In this document: positions 49,822 to 60,470 of the stretch, in pieces | How the letters are laid out: every line of letters begins with the position of its first letter | Position numbering within the stretch: position 1 is the stretch's first letter | Assembly (NCBI GenBank): GCA_041484665.1 | Contig: JBGPIA010000021.1 | Coordinates: 1-64,000 of the forward strand | Direction of reading: 5' to 3' | DNA from: Candidatus Krumholzibacteriia bacterium | GTDB taxonomy: Bacteria > Krumholzibacteriota > Krumholzibacteriia > JAJRXK01 | DNA length: 64,000 nucleotides | The notes under the pieces: model-generated | Told to the model about the DNA's origin: nothing | What the model saw: only the letters and a program-made list of their open reading frames with translations | Database searches by the model: none | Made by a program: the position numbers and the translations under genes

Positions 49822-51159
49822 ATGGCGCAGCCCGGAAGGTCGTCTCTTACGGTCCCCGGCCGGGCGCTGCGCAGGCTATATCCGGCCATGGCGTTGATCC
49901 TCCTGAACACGGTGCTACTGCTACTGCTCATCGAGATCGCCTCGCGGGGGACGCTGGCGGTGCTCGCACGCCGCGGCGATCCCTCGGGTCTGGTGCCCGG
50001 CGAGGACGCCATCGCCCGCCTGCGTGCCGCGTATCCGGGGCGCGCCGACCCGGAGATCATTGCGCTGCGCAGCGCCATGGAGCACCGGCTGGTCTACGAG
50101 CCGTGGGTACAGTTCCGCATGCCCGACCGCAGCGGCGACTTCGTGAATGTCCAGGGGCTCTGCCGCCGCAGTGACCCGGCCGTGGTCCGTGGCACTGCGA
50201 TTGGTGGTGAGGGTGCGCCGGTTGGCGGCGCCGGGTCCGGGAACGCGGCGCGCGGCCATGCGGTGGCCGGCAATGAGACAGGCGTTGGCATCCAGACGCG
50301 CGTCGGCATCGCGGCGGGCGTCGGAGTCGCGCTCCCGGAAACGACCGTCACCGTGGCGTTCCTGGGCGGCTCCACCATGTTCGGCTTCAACGTGGCGGAC
50401 GACCAGACCATCGCGTCCTGCTTCGCGCGGCAGGGACCGGCGCATCTGCGACCGAACCAGCGTCTGGTCGTACGGAACCTTGGGCAGCCCTACTACTACA
50501 GCGCGCAAGAGGCGATCGCGCTGGCGGCCATGCTGTTGCGTGGCGAGCGTCCCACGGTCGTGGTTTTCCTGGACGGGCTCAACGACGTGATCCAGCCGCT
50601 GTCCAGCTACCGGCAGGTTCCGTTCTGGACCTTCAAGCTGCAGGACCTGATGCAGCAGGAGGCGAGCTGTAGCGCAAGCCGGCTGTGGTCGATGCTGGGC
50701 TGCACCTCCACGTACGGGTTGCTGGCGCGCATGGGGGTCGTGCAGTGGGGAGGGCCCGCAGGCCAGGCGAAGCGCTGGGAGGCAGGCTACGCGATGCCTG
50801 AGGGCATCGACCTGGAGCGGGTCGCCACGGCGATCGCGGAGAACTACCTGCGCGCCGCCGAGCTCGCCCGAACGCTGGCGCGGGGCTATGGAGTGCGTTG
50901 CTGGTTCTTCTGGCAGCCGGTTCCGTACGTGGGCTACGACCGATCAGCGGATCCCCTTTGCGACCAACGGGACCTGCCGCTGTTCGGCCGCGTCTACGCC
51001 CTCGTGCGGCAACGCCTGCCCGAACACGGCGACATGCGCGATCTCAGCGACTTGACCGGCAAAGAGGTGGCCTTGCCCTTCGTGGACGCCGTTCACTACT
51101 CACCAGCGCTCAACGCTCGGCTGGCGCAGCGCATGTGGGAGGTGGTGGGGGAGCGGTAG
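49822..51159 (+). CDS. Membrane-anchored SGNH/GDSL hydrolase-like protein
   Basis: N-terminal TM; FLGGSTMFG, NLG, DGLND, DAVHYS. Confidence 0.75.
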   Translation: MAQPGRSSLTVPGRALRRLYPAMALILLNTVLLLLLIEIASRGTLAVLARRGDPSGLVPGEDAIARLRAAYPGRADPEIIALRSAMEHRLVYEPWVQFRMPDRSGDFVNVQGLCRRSDPAVVRGTAIGGEGAPVGGAGSGNAARGHAVAGNETGVGIQTRVGIAAGVGVALPETTVTVAFLGGSTMFGFNVADDQTIASCFARQGPAHLRPNQRLVVRNLGQPYYYSAQEAIALAAMLLRGERPTVVVFLDGLNDVIQPLSSYRQVPFWTFKLQDLMQQEASCSASRLWSMLGCTSTYGLLARMGVVQWGGPAGQAKRWEAGYAMPEGIDLERVATAIAENYLRAAELARTLARGYGVRCWFFWQPVPYVGYDRSADPLCDQRDLPLFGRVYALVRQRLPEHGDMRDLSDLTGKEVALPFVDAVHYSPALNARLAQRMWEVVGER

Positions 51160-51292
51160 GTTCGAGCCGGACACTGCGGTTGCGGCGGGTGCCGCCGAAC
51201 CGGCGTCGAGGACGATCCGTCGACCCGCTGAAGTGATGGCCCGCAGTGATGCCGCGTCGTCTGGAGCGGCGCCATCAACACTCCTGCCACCC

Positions 51293-53383
51293 TCAGCTGC
51301 CGCCGCGGGCTCGGGCATCCCGGATCGTGGAGGCCAATTGGATCGACTGGAATGGCAAGGCGCGCAGCCTGTCCTGTCCGCCCGCCGCGCGGTCGCGTCG
51401 CTCGAAGCGGAGGGTGACGTCGCAACCGTCCGGTGTTTCGCACCGGCCGACCAGTGCGATCCGGTGCTGTTCCCAGGTCCATGGTCGCCCAGCGACGACG
51501 TACTCTCCGATCGGCCGCCCGGCGGCTTCCACGACACAACGCTGGGGGAGGACCAACTGCTCAAACGAGGCCGCGCTGACTACGAGGGTATCGTACGCGG
51601 CTGCGGGGAAGATCCGCAGGTGCGCTTCGCGCTCCAGGGCCCACCGCCCCCACGGTTCGCGAGGTCCCCACCCCGCGCCGAAACGGATGCGACCTTGCGG
51701 AAGCTCGGATGCTGCCAGTGCCCGCCAGCGAACGCAAAGCCCCTCGTCCGATGCCAGGAGCACGCCGTCGGCATCACGGGGGACGCCGGCGGGGGCCCCC
51801 GCTGCGTCGAAGATCAGCTCCGACCTCTCCTCCCCGGTCGCAACCATCGTGCGCCCGAACATGAAGAGCCAGGCGTCCTCGATGGCCAGTTTCGCTCCGC
51901 GCTTGCTCAGGGCCAGCAACACGCCGCTCGCTTTGGGCCACGCGTCTGCGTCAGCGATCCGGACCAGGATCCTCTCCGTCACGTGCCGGGACCTCCACTC
52001 TTCAAGCTGCGAGAGCACTCGACCGACCGAGTCCGATCGCCTGTCGGTCACGATGGCTCGGGTCGCCGCGTCATACGACCGGATCCCCGCCAAGGCCATC
52101 AACCCAGCCACCGCGAGCCCGACCACGATACGGCGGACCCAAGCTGGAGCACTCCACCGGGAAATCGCCGGCATGACGAGCCACGTGTTGGCAATCGCGA
52201 TCCACGATACAAGGCCGATGATGGAAACCCAGATCACGAGGTACCGATGCATTCCGCCTGGGATATGGGCGAGGCTCCAGGGGGCAATGGCGGCACCCAA
52301 CAGGGAGAGCGCCGCTAACCCGACCGAACTCCTGCACCGCGACCTCCATCCACGTACGAGACTCGCGAACAACAAGCAGAGCTGACCTGCGGCCACGGCG
52401 AGGATGATGGAAGATGCCGATCGCGTGACGACATCATGATCGCGGTCGGGGAAGGGAGATCCGATGATCCCGCCGCACTGCAGGGGAAGGCTGGCGAACT
52501 CCCTGGCGAACGCCTGCGCGACGAGGTCCTGACGTTGGAGAGATGCCGGCTGATCGCGGAAGTAGCGCCACAGCTTCATGACGTTTCCGCCGTCCGGCTG
52601 GAACTGCTCCACCAGTGGCCCAATCCACATGACCAGAGTCACTGCGCCCAGGAAAACGAAGGCGAGGCGAGCGCCCCGCCGTCTGGGCTTCTGCTGTGGT
52701 CCACTGGAGGAGGGGGAGGGGAATTTCGCTTGCCCCGCGCGTCGCAGCCGCAGGCGAAGGGCGGCGCCTGCGACGATGACAGCCAACACGACCGGGGCGT
52801 AACCCAGATGGCTCTGCACGATCAACGTTGCGAGGCCCACGAGGGCCATTCGGAGCGTGTTGCCCCCCCCCGCGATGAGTGCCGTGGCCGCCAGAAAGAG
52901 CAGCAGCAGAGGCATGAGCACGGCATACGGGTTCCAGGGGCTGGCGATGGTTGGGGGCGTCAGGTACCCGAGGTAGAGCAGAATGAGCACGGCGCAGGCC
53001 CAATACGCTCCGCGGGAGGGGGCCAACCGTCGCAGCAACAGCAGACACCCGGCGGCAGACAAGGTGTTGATGACGGTGGCCCCGATGTAGAGGCCACCCG
53101 AACTGCCGCGTGACACCGCGTACCAGGGGAGCAACAGGTACAGCAGTGCCGGTCCCGGATGGTTCCAACCGAAGCGCGAGTAGGGGCCGAGGAGGATGGG
53201 AGCCTGCGTGAGTTGGCGCAGCTGGAGCTCCAGCACGGCAAGGTCGGCGATCGGCAGGCCCCGGCGCGGAGCCCCAAGCAGCTCGCTGAACGAGAGGGTG
53301 ATGAACGGGAGCAGCGCAGCGATGAACACGGCGAGGTCGAAGGCCTGCCAGCGTGCCCGTCCCGCCGCTGCTGTGCCTGCCAC
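51293..53383 (-). CDS. Polytopic membrane protein, possible GT-C (ArnT-like) glycosyltransferase
   Basis: About 11 TM segments; AD.AVLE, LLGPYSRFGWNHPGP, WNPY, QSH; C-terminal soluble beta domain (GWGPREPWGRW). Confidence 0.6.
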   Translation of the reverse strand: MAGTAAAGRARWQAFDLAVFIAALLPFITLSFSELLGAPRRGLPIADLAVLELQLRQLTQAPILLGPYSRFGWNHPGPALLYLLLPWYAVSRGSSGGLYIGATVINTLSAAGCLLLLRRLAPSRGAYWACAVLILLYLGYLTPPTIASPWNPYAVLMPLLLLFLAATALIAGGGNTLRMALVGLATLIVQSHLGYAPVVLAVIVAGAALRLRLRRAGQAKFPSPSSSGPQQKPRRRGARLAFVFLGAVTLVMWIGPLVEQFQPDGGNVMKLWRYFRDQPASLQRQDLVAQAFAREFASLPLQCGGIIGSPFPDRDHDVVTRSASSIILAVAAGQLCLLFASLVRGWRSRCRSSVGLAALSLLGAAIAPWSLAHIPGGMHRYLVIWVSIIGLVSWIAIANTWLVMPAISRWSAPAWVRRIVVGLAVAGLMALAGIRSYDAATRAIVTDRRSDSVGRVLSQLEEWRSRHVTERILVRIADADAWPKASGVLLALSKRGAKLAIEDAWLFMFGRTMVATGEERSELIFDAAGAPAGVPRDADGVLLASDEGLCVRWRALAASELPQGRIRFGAGWGPREPWGRWALEREAHLRIFPAAAYDTLVVSAASFEQLVLPQRCVVEAAGRPIGEYVVAGRPWTWEQHRIALVGRCETPDGCDVTLRFERRDRAAGGQDRLRALPFQSIQLASTIRDARARGGS

Positions 53384-53413
53384 CGATCGTCTCCTGCCGC
53401 GGCTGGCGCAGCG

Positions 53414-54268
53414 TCAGAGGCGGCGTTGCGAACGGCGTTCTCCAGTGCCGGGCGCTGAGCGTTGCCGCACCGCCTCGAACAGCACGATCGTTGCCGCCGC
53501 GGCGACGTTCAGGGAGTCCGCATGACCGGCCATGGGGATCGAGATCGCTGCGACATCGGCAGCGCGCCACGACGGACCCAGTCCCGCGTGTTCCGCGCCG
53601 ACCACCAGCGCCAACGGACCCGTCAGGTCCGCGGAGGTGTAGACCAGCGGGGCCTCGGGCGTGACGGCAACCGCTCGGATGCCGCGCTCGCAAAGCCAGG
53701 CAGAGGCGTCGCTGGCGCTCGCGAGGGCGAGCGGCACCGTGAAGAGCGTGCCCAGGCTGGCCCGGACGGCGTTGGGGTTGGAGGCGTCTGTCGCCGGATC
53801 GCAGACGATCACCGCCTGCACCCCTGCGGCGTCAGCAGTCCGCAAGAGCGCACCGAGATTTCCGGGCTTCTCGATCGCCTCGACGACCAAGAGTAGCGGT
53901 ACGTTGGACATGCCCTGCGCGATCTCTTCGAGGGTGCGCGAGCGCCAGCGCACCACCGCCAACAGACCCTCCGCTCGCTCGCCGAACGACAGCTTCGCCA
54001 TGACCCTGTCGGTGACGGGTTGTACGGCCATGGCGATCTCCTGTGCGGATGCCAGTGCCCGCTGCGCCGCGTCGCTGCGCACGAGCCCGTCGCACACGAA
54101 CAGCTCCTCGATGACGACGCCGCCGTCCAGCGCCCGCAGGAGCTCGCGCGCACCATCGACGAGCGTCAACCCGCTGCGTTCGCGGGCGCGGCGGCTGCGC
54201 AGGCTCACGACTTCCTTCACCCGCGGATTCTGCAGGCTGCGCAGGGTCTCGCGGCGGGCCCCGCTCAC
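53414..54268 (-). CDS. TrmH/SpoU family RNA 2'-O-methyltransferase
   Basis: SLQNPRVK, EKPGNLGALLRTADAAG, VVGAEHAGL, IPMAGHADSLNVA. Confidence 0.93.
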   Translation of the reverse strand: MSGARRETLRSLQNPRVKEVVSLRSRRARERSGLTLVDGARELLRALDGGVVIEELFVCDGLVRSDAAQRALASAQEIAMAVQPVTDRVMAKLSFGERAEGLLAVVRWRSRTLEEIAQGMSNVPLLLVVEAIEKPGNLGALLRTADAAGVQAVIVCDPATDASNPNAVRASLGTLFTVPLALASASDASAWLCERGIRAVAVTPEAPLVYTSADLTGPLALVVGAEHAGLGPSWRAADVAAISIPMAGHADSLNVAAAATIVLFEAVRQRSAPGTGERRSQRRL

Positions 54269-55386
54269 GGAAATCTCTCCGCTTCGGGGAGCACGCCGTC
54301 CGCTGACCAGGCCGCCCACGTCCCGCTGGGCAGCGCGCGGGGCGCTGGCTGCCCACCGTCCTGCTCCGGGATGAGCAGCTCGCCGCACCCCAGTGCCCCT
54401 GCGCGTCCGCCTACGCACTCGGCCAGCAGATTCCGCAGACAAAGCGGGCCGATGCCCGGGGTGTGCGCGCTCAGCACGACGAAGCGCCCCTGATCGTCCA
54501 GCAGCGTCCGGCAGGTCGCCAGCAGCTTGGGGAGATCGTCCTCGAGCTTGAACACCTCACCCTTGGCGCCGCGTCCGAAGCTGGGCGGGTCGAGGATGAT
54601 GGCTCCGTAGCGGTGACCGCGCCGCTGCTCGCGCTGCGCGAACTTCACGGCATCGTCGACGATCCAGCGGATGGCTGCGGCACCCAGCTGCGAAAGCTGC
54701 GCGTTCTCGCTGGCCCAGCCCACGATACCGCGCGAGGCGTCGCAGTGCGTCACGCTGGCGCCCCCCGCGGCGGCGGCCAGGCTGCTGCCGCCGGTGTACG
54801 CGAACAGATTGAGGACCTCCAAGCGCGCGGGGACCGGCGCTCCGGTAATTACATTGTGCATACGGCCCGCTCCGGTCGCGACCAGCTCGGGCGCAGCGCT
54901 AGCTACCCCGCTCGCGCCGCCGGCCGCCGAGCCGGTTGACGCCACGCCGCTCGACCCCACGCATCGCTCCCGGATCCACCGCCAGAAAGGCGCCTGCTCG
55001 GGGAAGAGGCCCACGTGCCCGAATCCGGTGGGCTGGATCTTCCAGCAGAGGCCCTGCCACGCGATGTTCCAGCTGGCCGGCAGCGCGCGGCGGAACTCCC
55101 AGTGCCCACCCCCGCTGGAGCTGCGCACGTACTCTCCGTAGGCGCGCGCCCACTCGCCGGCCGGCAGCTGCCGGCGCCACAGGCATTGCGGCGAGGGACG
55201 GTGCAGCAGGATGTCGCCGAAGCGCTCGAGCTTGGCACCGTCCCCGCTGTCCAGGAGAGCGTAGGGTGAGGGCCCGTGCGCCTCGGCCGCGGTCGCATGC
55301 GGATCGTGCGCGCCAGCCGTGGTCACGCCCGAGCGAGCAGCCGCAGCAAGGGCGTCGCGCCGGAGCATGATCCTAGGTCGATCCAC
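54265..55386 (-). CDS. Class I SAM-dependent methyltransferase, RlmI/RlmK-like
   Basis: YALLDSGDGAKLERFG, HVGLFPEQ, VLNLFAYTGG, ILDPPSFGRG. Confidence 0.9.
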   Translation of the reverse strand: MDRPRIMLRRDALAAAARSGVTTAGAHDPHATAAEAHGPSPYALLDSGDGAKLERFGDILLHRPSPQCLWRRQLPAGEWARAYGEYVRSSSGGGHWEFRRALPASWNIAWQGLCWKIQPTGFGHVGLFPEQAPFWRWIRERCVGSSGVASTGSAAGGASGVASAAPELVATGAGRMHNVITGAPVPARLEVLNLFAYTGGSSLAAAAGGASVTHCDASRGIVGWASENAQLSQLGAAAIRWIVDDAVKFAQREQRRGHRYGAIILDPPSFGRGAKGEVFKLEDDLPKLLATCRTLLDDQGRFVVLSAHTPGIGPLCLRNLLAECVGGRAGALGCGELLIPEQDGGQPAPRALPSGTWAAWSADGVLPEAERFP

Positions 55387-56227
55387 GCGGTCGCGGGGCT
55401 TGCTGACGCGGGGCCTGCTGACCCGGGGCTGGCTGGCGCGGGTCGGGCGCGCGCCGATCGGGCGGGCGAGCGTCAGGCATGGGCGGATCGGGCTTGCGCA
55501 CCGCGAGGATCAAGAGGCCGGCCGCCACGGCGACCAGAGCGGTCCACTGCGCCACCGACAGTCCCAGCGCATGGAAGGAGTGGACGCGCACGAATTCCGC
55601 GAGAAACCGCTCGGCGCCGGCCAAGGCGAGATAGAGCCCGAACAGGCGCCCCTGGGTCGCCCACGGGCGCGCGCGCAGCCGCCACAGCAGCAACGCGACC
55701 AAGCCCATCGCCAGCGTCTCGTACACGGGCGTCGGATGCACGCGTGCCAGCGTGGGCACGACGCCCTTGGGGTACGCCATGGCCCATGGCAGGTCGCTGG
55801 GCGGACCGTAGTCCCCGTCGCCGGCGAGCTGGCAGCCGATGCGCCCCACGGCGTAGGCGGCCGCGAGTCCCGCCCCGAACGCATCGCACACCGACCACAG
55901 CGGCTGCCTGCGCCGGTGCGCCCAGAAGAGAACCGCGAGCGCTCCGCCAGCGGCGCCGCCGTACCAGGTCAGCCCCGAGCCCGTGAACAGCGATCCGATG
56001 GGATCGTGCAAGAGCTCCTGCCAGTGCTCGATCAAATAGTAGATGCGGGCCCCCAGGATCCCGCCCACCAGCGCCAGCAGGGGCAGGCCCTCCAGGTGCG
56101 CCGGCTCCAGACCGCGCCGCATCAGCTCGCGCGAGGTCATCCATCCGCCCAGCAGGAACGCGAGCACGACCATCAGGCCAAAGCTGTAGAGCTTGACGGG
56201 TCCGAGGTCGACGAGGACGGGGTGCAT
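55373..56227 (-). CDS. lgt: Prolipoprotein diacylglyceryl transferase
   Basis: MHPVL, GARIYY, GLTWYGG, GRIGC...GD.DYG, HPTPVYE. Confidence 0.92.
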   Translation of the reverse strand: MHPVLVDLGPVKLYSFGLMVVLAFLLGGWMTSRELMRRGLEPAHLEGLPLLALVGGILGARIYYLIEHWQELLHDPIGSLFTGSGLTWYGGAAGGALAVLFWAHRRRQPLWSVCDAFGAGLAAAYAVGRIGCQLAGDGDYGPPSDLPWAMAYPKGVVPTLARVHPTPVYETLAMGLVALLLWRLRARPWATQGRLFGLYLALAGAERFLAEFVRVHSFHALGLSVAQWTALVAVAAGLLILAVRKPDPPMPDARPPDRRAPDPRQPAPGQQAPRQQAPRPRGST

Positions 56228-56302
56228 GGTGCGGACGGGTCGGTGGCCGCGGTGGGGATCAGCGGACCGGGGGCAGCGCAAGCTCGTGGCGCGGCCTGGC
56301 TC

Positions 56303-57604
56303 TCACAGCAGCTCCGCGGCGAGCGAAGCGAGCTCGCTGCGCTCGCTGCGCTCCAGCGTGACGTGCCCGAAGATGGGCTGCTCCTTGAATCGATCGACCA
56401 GGGTCGAGAGCCCGTTGCTGCTGGCGTCCAGGTAGGGATTGTCGATCTGGTAGGGGTCGCCCGTGAGCACGACCTTGCTGTCGCGCCCCGCGCGGCTGAC
56501 GATGGTCTTGATCTCGTGGGGCGTGAGGTTCTGCCCCTCGTCGATGATGATGAACAACTTAGGCAGGCTGCGGCCGCGGATGTACGTCACGGCCTCCACC
56601 TCGATCCAGCCCTTCTCGAACAGGTAACCCACCTTGTCGTCGACGCTCTCCAGGCTGGGATCCACCAGGAATTTCAGGTTGTCGAAAATGGGCTCCATCC
56701 AGCTCTCGAGCTTCTCGTCCTTGGTGCCGGGCAGGTAACCGATGTCGCGCCCCAGAGGGAAGATGGGACGGCTCACCAGGATCCGGTGGTAGATTTGCCG
56801 CTCGGCGACCTGATCCAGTCCCGCCGCCAGCGCCAACAGCGTTTTGCCGGTGCCGGCCTTGCCCAGCAGCGAGACAAGCTGCACCGAGGAATCCATGAGC
56901 AGCTCGATGGCGAAGTGCTGCTGGACGTTGAGCGGCCGCACCTTCCACGGGTTGCTCTCGCCGAAGCGCAGCGGGACCAGCGCGTGCGCCGCCGCGTCGT
57001 GGCGGGCGAGGCCGGTGTGTTTGGGGTTGGCCGCGCTCTTGAGCAGGGCAAACTCGTTGGGATACATCCCCTCGAGCGCGGGGATCTTGCGCTCCTTGTA
57101 GAAGTGGTCGATCACCCCGCTCTCGACCTCGACCTCCCGGAACCCGGTGTAGAGCTCGTCGAAGTGGACCTTGGTCGGCTCGTAGTCGACGGTCGTGAGG
57201 CGCAACGCGTCGCTCTTGACGCGCGCGTTGAGGTCCTTGGAGACGAAGACGACGTCCCGTCCGCCCTCTGCCTTGAGCGCAAGGGCGCAGGCGAGGATCC
57301 GGTTGTCGGGGATGGTGGGATCCATCGTGATCGGCAGCGCCTGGAGGTAGCCGTCCATGCGAACGGTCAGGCGACCGCCGGTGGGCAGGCCGATCCCGCT
57401 GCTGAGGTCGCCCACCTGGCGCAGCACGTCGAGCCTGCGCACGACCTCGCGCGCGGTGCGTCCCAGATCGTTGCGGGCCGTCTTGAACTCGTCGAGCTCC
57501 TCGAGCACGTCGAGCGTGATGACGACCTCGCCGTCGGGGAACGCCGTCAGCGACTGGGCGTCGTGCAGGAGGACGTTGGTGTCGAGCACGTAGGTTTTGG
57601 TCAT
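56303..57604 (-). CDS. PhoH-family ATPase with N-terminal PIN domain (YlaK-like)
   Basis: YVLDTNVLLHD, DNRIL, SKDLN.RVK, GKAGTGKT, YIRGRS, IIDEGQN, GDPYQID. Confidence 0.94.
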   Translation of the reverse strand: MTKTYVLDTNVLLHDAQSLTAFPDGEVVITLDVLEELDEFKTARNDLGRTAREVVRRLDVLRQVGDLSSGIGLPTGGRLTVRMDGYLQALPITMDPTIPDNRILACALALKAEGGRDVVFVSKDLNARVKSDALRLTTVDYEPTKVHFDELYTGFREVEVESGVIDHFYKERKIPALEGMYPNEFALLKSAANPKHTGLARHDAAAHALVPLRFGESNPWKVRPLNVQQHFAIELLMDSSVQLVSLLGKAGTGKTLLALAAGLDQVAERQIYHRILVSRPIFPLGRDIGYLPGTKDEKLESWMEPIFDNLKFLVDPSLESVDDKVGYLFEKGWIEVEAVTYIRGRSLPKLFIIIDEGQNLTPHEIKTIVSRAGRDSKVVLTGDPYQIDNPYLDASSNGLSTLVDRFKEQPIFGHVTLERSERSELASLAAELL

Positions 57605-58095
57605 GGTCGCCGCGGTTGGTGGGGTCACCGTAGCCCCGGGGCGGGTCGGCGCTCAAGCGGAATATTGGCCGGTTCGCACAGCCCCCTCGTGCCGTACGGC
57701 GCGCCGCACTCCCTCCCTGTCTGTGCTGCCCCCCGGCCACGCTGCCGCTGAACGCACCCAGCCCGGCACGCGCACCGGCTGCGCCACTTTTGCCCCCGGC
57801 GCCAGCCCGCGGCGCGCGCCGCCCAGTCGTGACCAGGGCACCCCGGGATGCCCCCAAGACACCCCAGCCCCACCGCTGGGAGGACGTCAGGACGGTGGCC
57901 GGACGGCGCCCGCCGACAGTGGAGGCGCGCGCCTGCGCGGGGGGCGTTGCCAGCCGTGAGGCGCGCTGCAGCCCCCCTGCGCGGGCGTGTCGCGATCGGC
58001 CTGTCGGGCAGTTTGCGCCCGGGAGCTGCGGGGATCGCAGGCCGGGCGCACGCGCGTCTTGCGCCCCCGTGGCGGTGGCCTACTATGGGGTGGCC

Positions 58096-59040
58096 ATGGC
58101 CTTCCGCTTCATCCTCACCGATGTCTTCACCGAGGCTCCCTTCGGGGGCAACCAGCTGGCGGTTTTTCCAGACGCTGCCGACATCGACCCCCGGCTCCTG
58201 CAGCCGATCGCCCGCGAGCTGAACTTCAGCGAGACGACGTTCGTCTACCCACCGCACCGGCCCGGATCCCTCGCCCGCCTGCGGATCTTCACGCCCAACG
58301 CGGAGATTCCGTTCGCGGGCCATCCGGTCGTGGGCGCCGCATTCGCGTTGGAGTCCGACGGGCGCGTTCCGGCCAGCGTGGACCGACTGGTGTTCGATCT
58401 GGAGGGCAGTGCGGTTCCCATCGACCTGGTGCGCGATCGCAACGGCAAACTGGCAACGGCCACCATGACCCAGCAGAAGCCCGTCTTCCTCGGTCAGTAC
58501 CACCAATGTGATCTGGTCGCGGAGGCGCTCAGCCTCGATCCGGCCGACCTGGCGATCACCGGTCTGCCCTGCGAGGTGGTCTCTACCGGGCTGCCAATCC
58601 ACATCGTTCCGGTGGGCAGCCTGATGGCGATGTCGCGGATCCGGCTGCGCCCGGGCAAGCTGGCGGAGATCGGCAAGACGCTGGGCTTCGGCGATCTTTT
58701 CGTGTTCACGCTCGAGACGGTCGATCCCACCGCCACCGTGCACTGCCGGATGTTCGCGCCGAGCTTTGGGATCCCCGAGGATCCGGCGACCGGCAGCGCC
58801 AGCGGCTGTCTGGGGGCCTACTTAGTGAAGAACCGAGCCGTGCAGGTGGGTCCGTTGACGCGCATCGTGAGCGAACAGGGGCTGGAGATGGGCCGGCCCA
58901 GCCGCGTCATCATCGAGGTCGAGCGCCAGGGCGAGGCGATCACCGCCGTGCGCGTGGGCGGCAGTGCCGTCGTCGTGGGCGACGGCCACCTGCGCGCGTT
59001 CAATGGAACCCCGGCGGTGGCGGGCAGGGCCACGGGCTGA
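58096..59040 (+). CDS. PhzF-family isomerase/epimerase-like protein
   Basis: DVFT..PFGGNQLAV, IARELNFSETTF, RIFTP..EIPFAGHP, EDPATGSA, EQG.EMGRPS. Confidence 0.93.
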   Translation: MAFRFILTDVFTEAPFGGNQLAVFPDAADIDPRLLQPIARELNFSETTFVYPPHRPGSLARLRIFTPNAEIPFAGHPVVGAAFALESDGRVPASVDRLVFDLEGSAVPIDLVRDRNGKLATATMTQQKPVFLGQYHQCDLVAEALSLDPADLAITGLPCEVVSTGLPIHIVPVGSLMAMSRIRLRPGKLAEIGKTLGFGDLFVFTLETVDPTATVHCRMFAPSFGIPEDPATGSASGCLGAYLVKNRAVQVGPLTRIVSEQGLEMGRPSRVIIEVERQGEAITAVRVGGSAVVVGDGHLRAFNGTPAVAGRATG

Positions 59041-59122
59041 CGCGCGAGTCCGGGCCAGCCGGGCCGGCTGCCGCGGGCCGCGCGGATGCGCGCAGCGGCC
59101 GCAACGCGGAGGGGGGAGCGCC

Positions 59123-60436
59123 ATGCGACGGGCCAGGGAGGCGCTGATCGCCGGGTGGCTGGCCAGTGCGCTGGTTGCGTCCAGCGCCCGGGCCGCCGCC
59201 GTGCGGGTGTTGCCGCTGGACGGCGCCATCACGCCCATCTCGGCGGAGTACCTCGTGCAAGGCATCGAGCGCGCGGAGCGGGACGGTGCCCGCGCGGTGG
59301 TCATCGAGCTCGATACACCGGGCGGGCTTGCCGATTCGATGCGCCGCATCGTGAAGGCCCAGCTCAATGCCGGCATTCCCGTCGTCGTCTACGTGGCCCC
59401 GGCGGGCAGCCATGCCGCGAGCGCGGGCGTGTTCATCACGATGGCCGCCCACGTGGCCGTCATGGCGCCCGGGACGAACATCGGCTCGGCCAGCGTCGTT
59501 TCCATCGGCGGCGCGGGTATGGACTCGGTCATGGCGAAAAAGGTCAACAACGATGCCGTGGCGTACTTGGAAGGGATCGCCACACAGCGCCACCGCAACG
59601 CGGCGTGGGCCGCACGCTTCGTCCTGCACGCCGAGAACGTCCCCGCGCAGCGCGCGGTGCAGGAGCACATCGTCGATTTCATGGCGGCGAGCTTCGCCGC
59701 GTTGCTCGACAGCCTGCAGGGCAGAACGGTGCAGCTGTCGCAGGGTCCAGTCACCCTCGACCTGAAGGACGCGCCCGTGGAACGCGTCGGGATGGGCCTG
59801 CGCCAGCGGCTGCTCAGCGTGCTGGTGGACCCCAACGTCGCGTACATCTTGATGCTGCTGGGCGTCTACGGCCTGTTCTTCGAGTTGAGCAACCCCGGCG
59901 CGGTCGTCCCCGGCGTCCTGGGCGGCATCTGCATCCTGCTCGCGTTCTTCGCCTTCCAGAGCCTGCCCACCAATTACGCCGGAATCGCCCTCATTCTGCT
60001 GGGGATCCTGCTCCTCATCCTGGAGGTGAAGGTCACGAGCTTCGGGCTGCTGACCATGGGCGGGCTGACCGCCCTGGTGCTGGGGTCGCTGATCCTGTTC
60101 GACACGGCGCAAGCCTGGGCCAGGGTCTCGTGGCGCGTGATCGCGCCGATGGTGCTGGTCTCGGCGGGCTTTTTCATCACCTGTGTCTGGCTCGGCGTGC
60201 GGGGCCATCGCCGGCCCGTGAGTACGGGGCGCTCCGCCATGATCGGCAATATGGGCCGCGTGGTGACGCCGCTCGGTGGAGCGGACGCGCCGGGCAAGGT
60301 GGTCTTCCACGGTGAGATGTGGGACGCGTTGGCGGACAGTCCGCTGCCGACCGGCACCCGGGTCGAGGTCGTCGGCTTTGATGGGCGCGTCGCCCGGGTG
60401 CGGCCTTGTGCGGAGAGCGGCCGCGGGGCAGTTTGA
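59123..60436 (+). CDS. nfeD: NfeD-family membrane-bound serine protease
   Basis: [12 protein letters not shown] (Ser), [14 protein letters not shown] (Lys), TM domain, C-terminal OB-fold with GEMWDA. Confidence 0.93.
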   Translation: MRRAREALIAGWLASALVASSARAAAVRVLPLDGAITPISAEYLVQGIERAERDGARAVVIELDTPGGLADSMRRIVKAQLNAGIPVVVYVAPAGSHAASAGVFITMAAHVAVMAPGTNIGSASVVSIGGAGMDSVMAKKVNNDAVAYLEGIATQRHRNAAWAARFVLHAENVPAQRAVQEHIVDFMAASFAALLDSLQGRTVQLSQGPVTLDLKDAPVERVGMGLRQRLLSVLVDPNVAYILMLLGVYGLFFELSNPGAVVPGVLGGICILLAFFAFQSLPTNYAGIALILLGILLLILEVKVTSFGLLTMGGLTALVLGSLILFDTAQAWARVSWRVIAPMVLVSAGFFITCVWLGVRGHRRPVSTGRSAMIGNMGRVVTPLGGADAPGKVVFHGEMWDALADSPLPTGTRVEVVGFDGRVARVRPCAESGRGAV

Positions 60437-60470
60437 GATCGGCTTCCAACTCAAGCGAAGGGTGTCGGCC

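Noticed and set aside
56303..57604. PIN toxin-antitoxin or defence system
   Set aside because: Ordinary PIN-PhoH fusion in a housekeeping operon; no antitoxin ORF evident
58096..59040. Phenazine biosynthesis (phzF plus the chorismate-binding gene at 22 kb)
   Set aside because: The genes are unlinked and phzA/B/D/G are absent; PhzF-like proteins are common orphans
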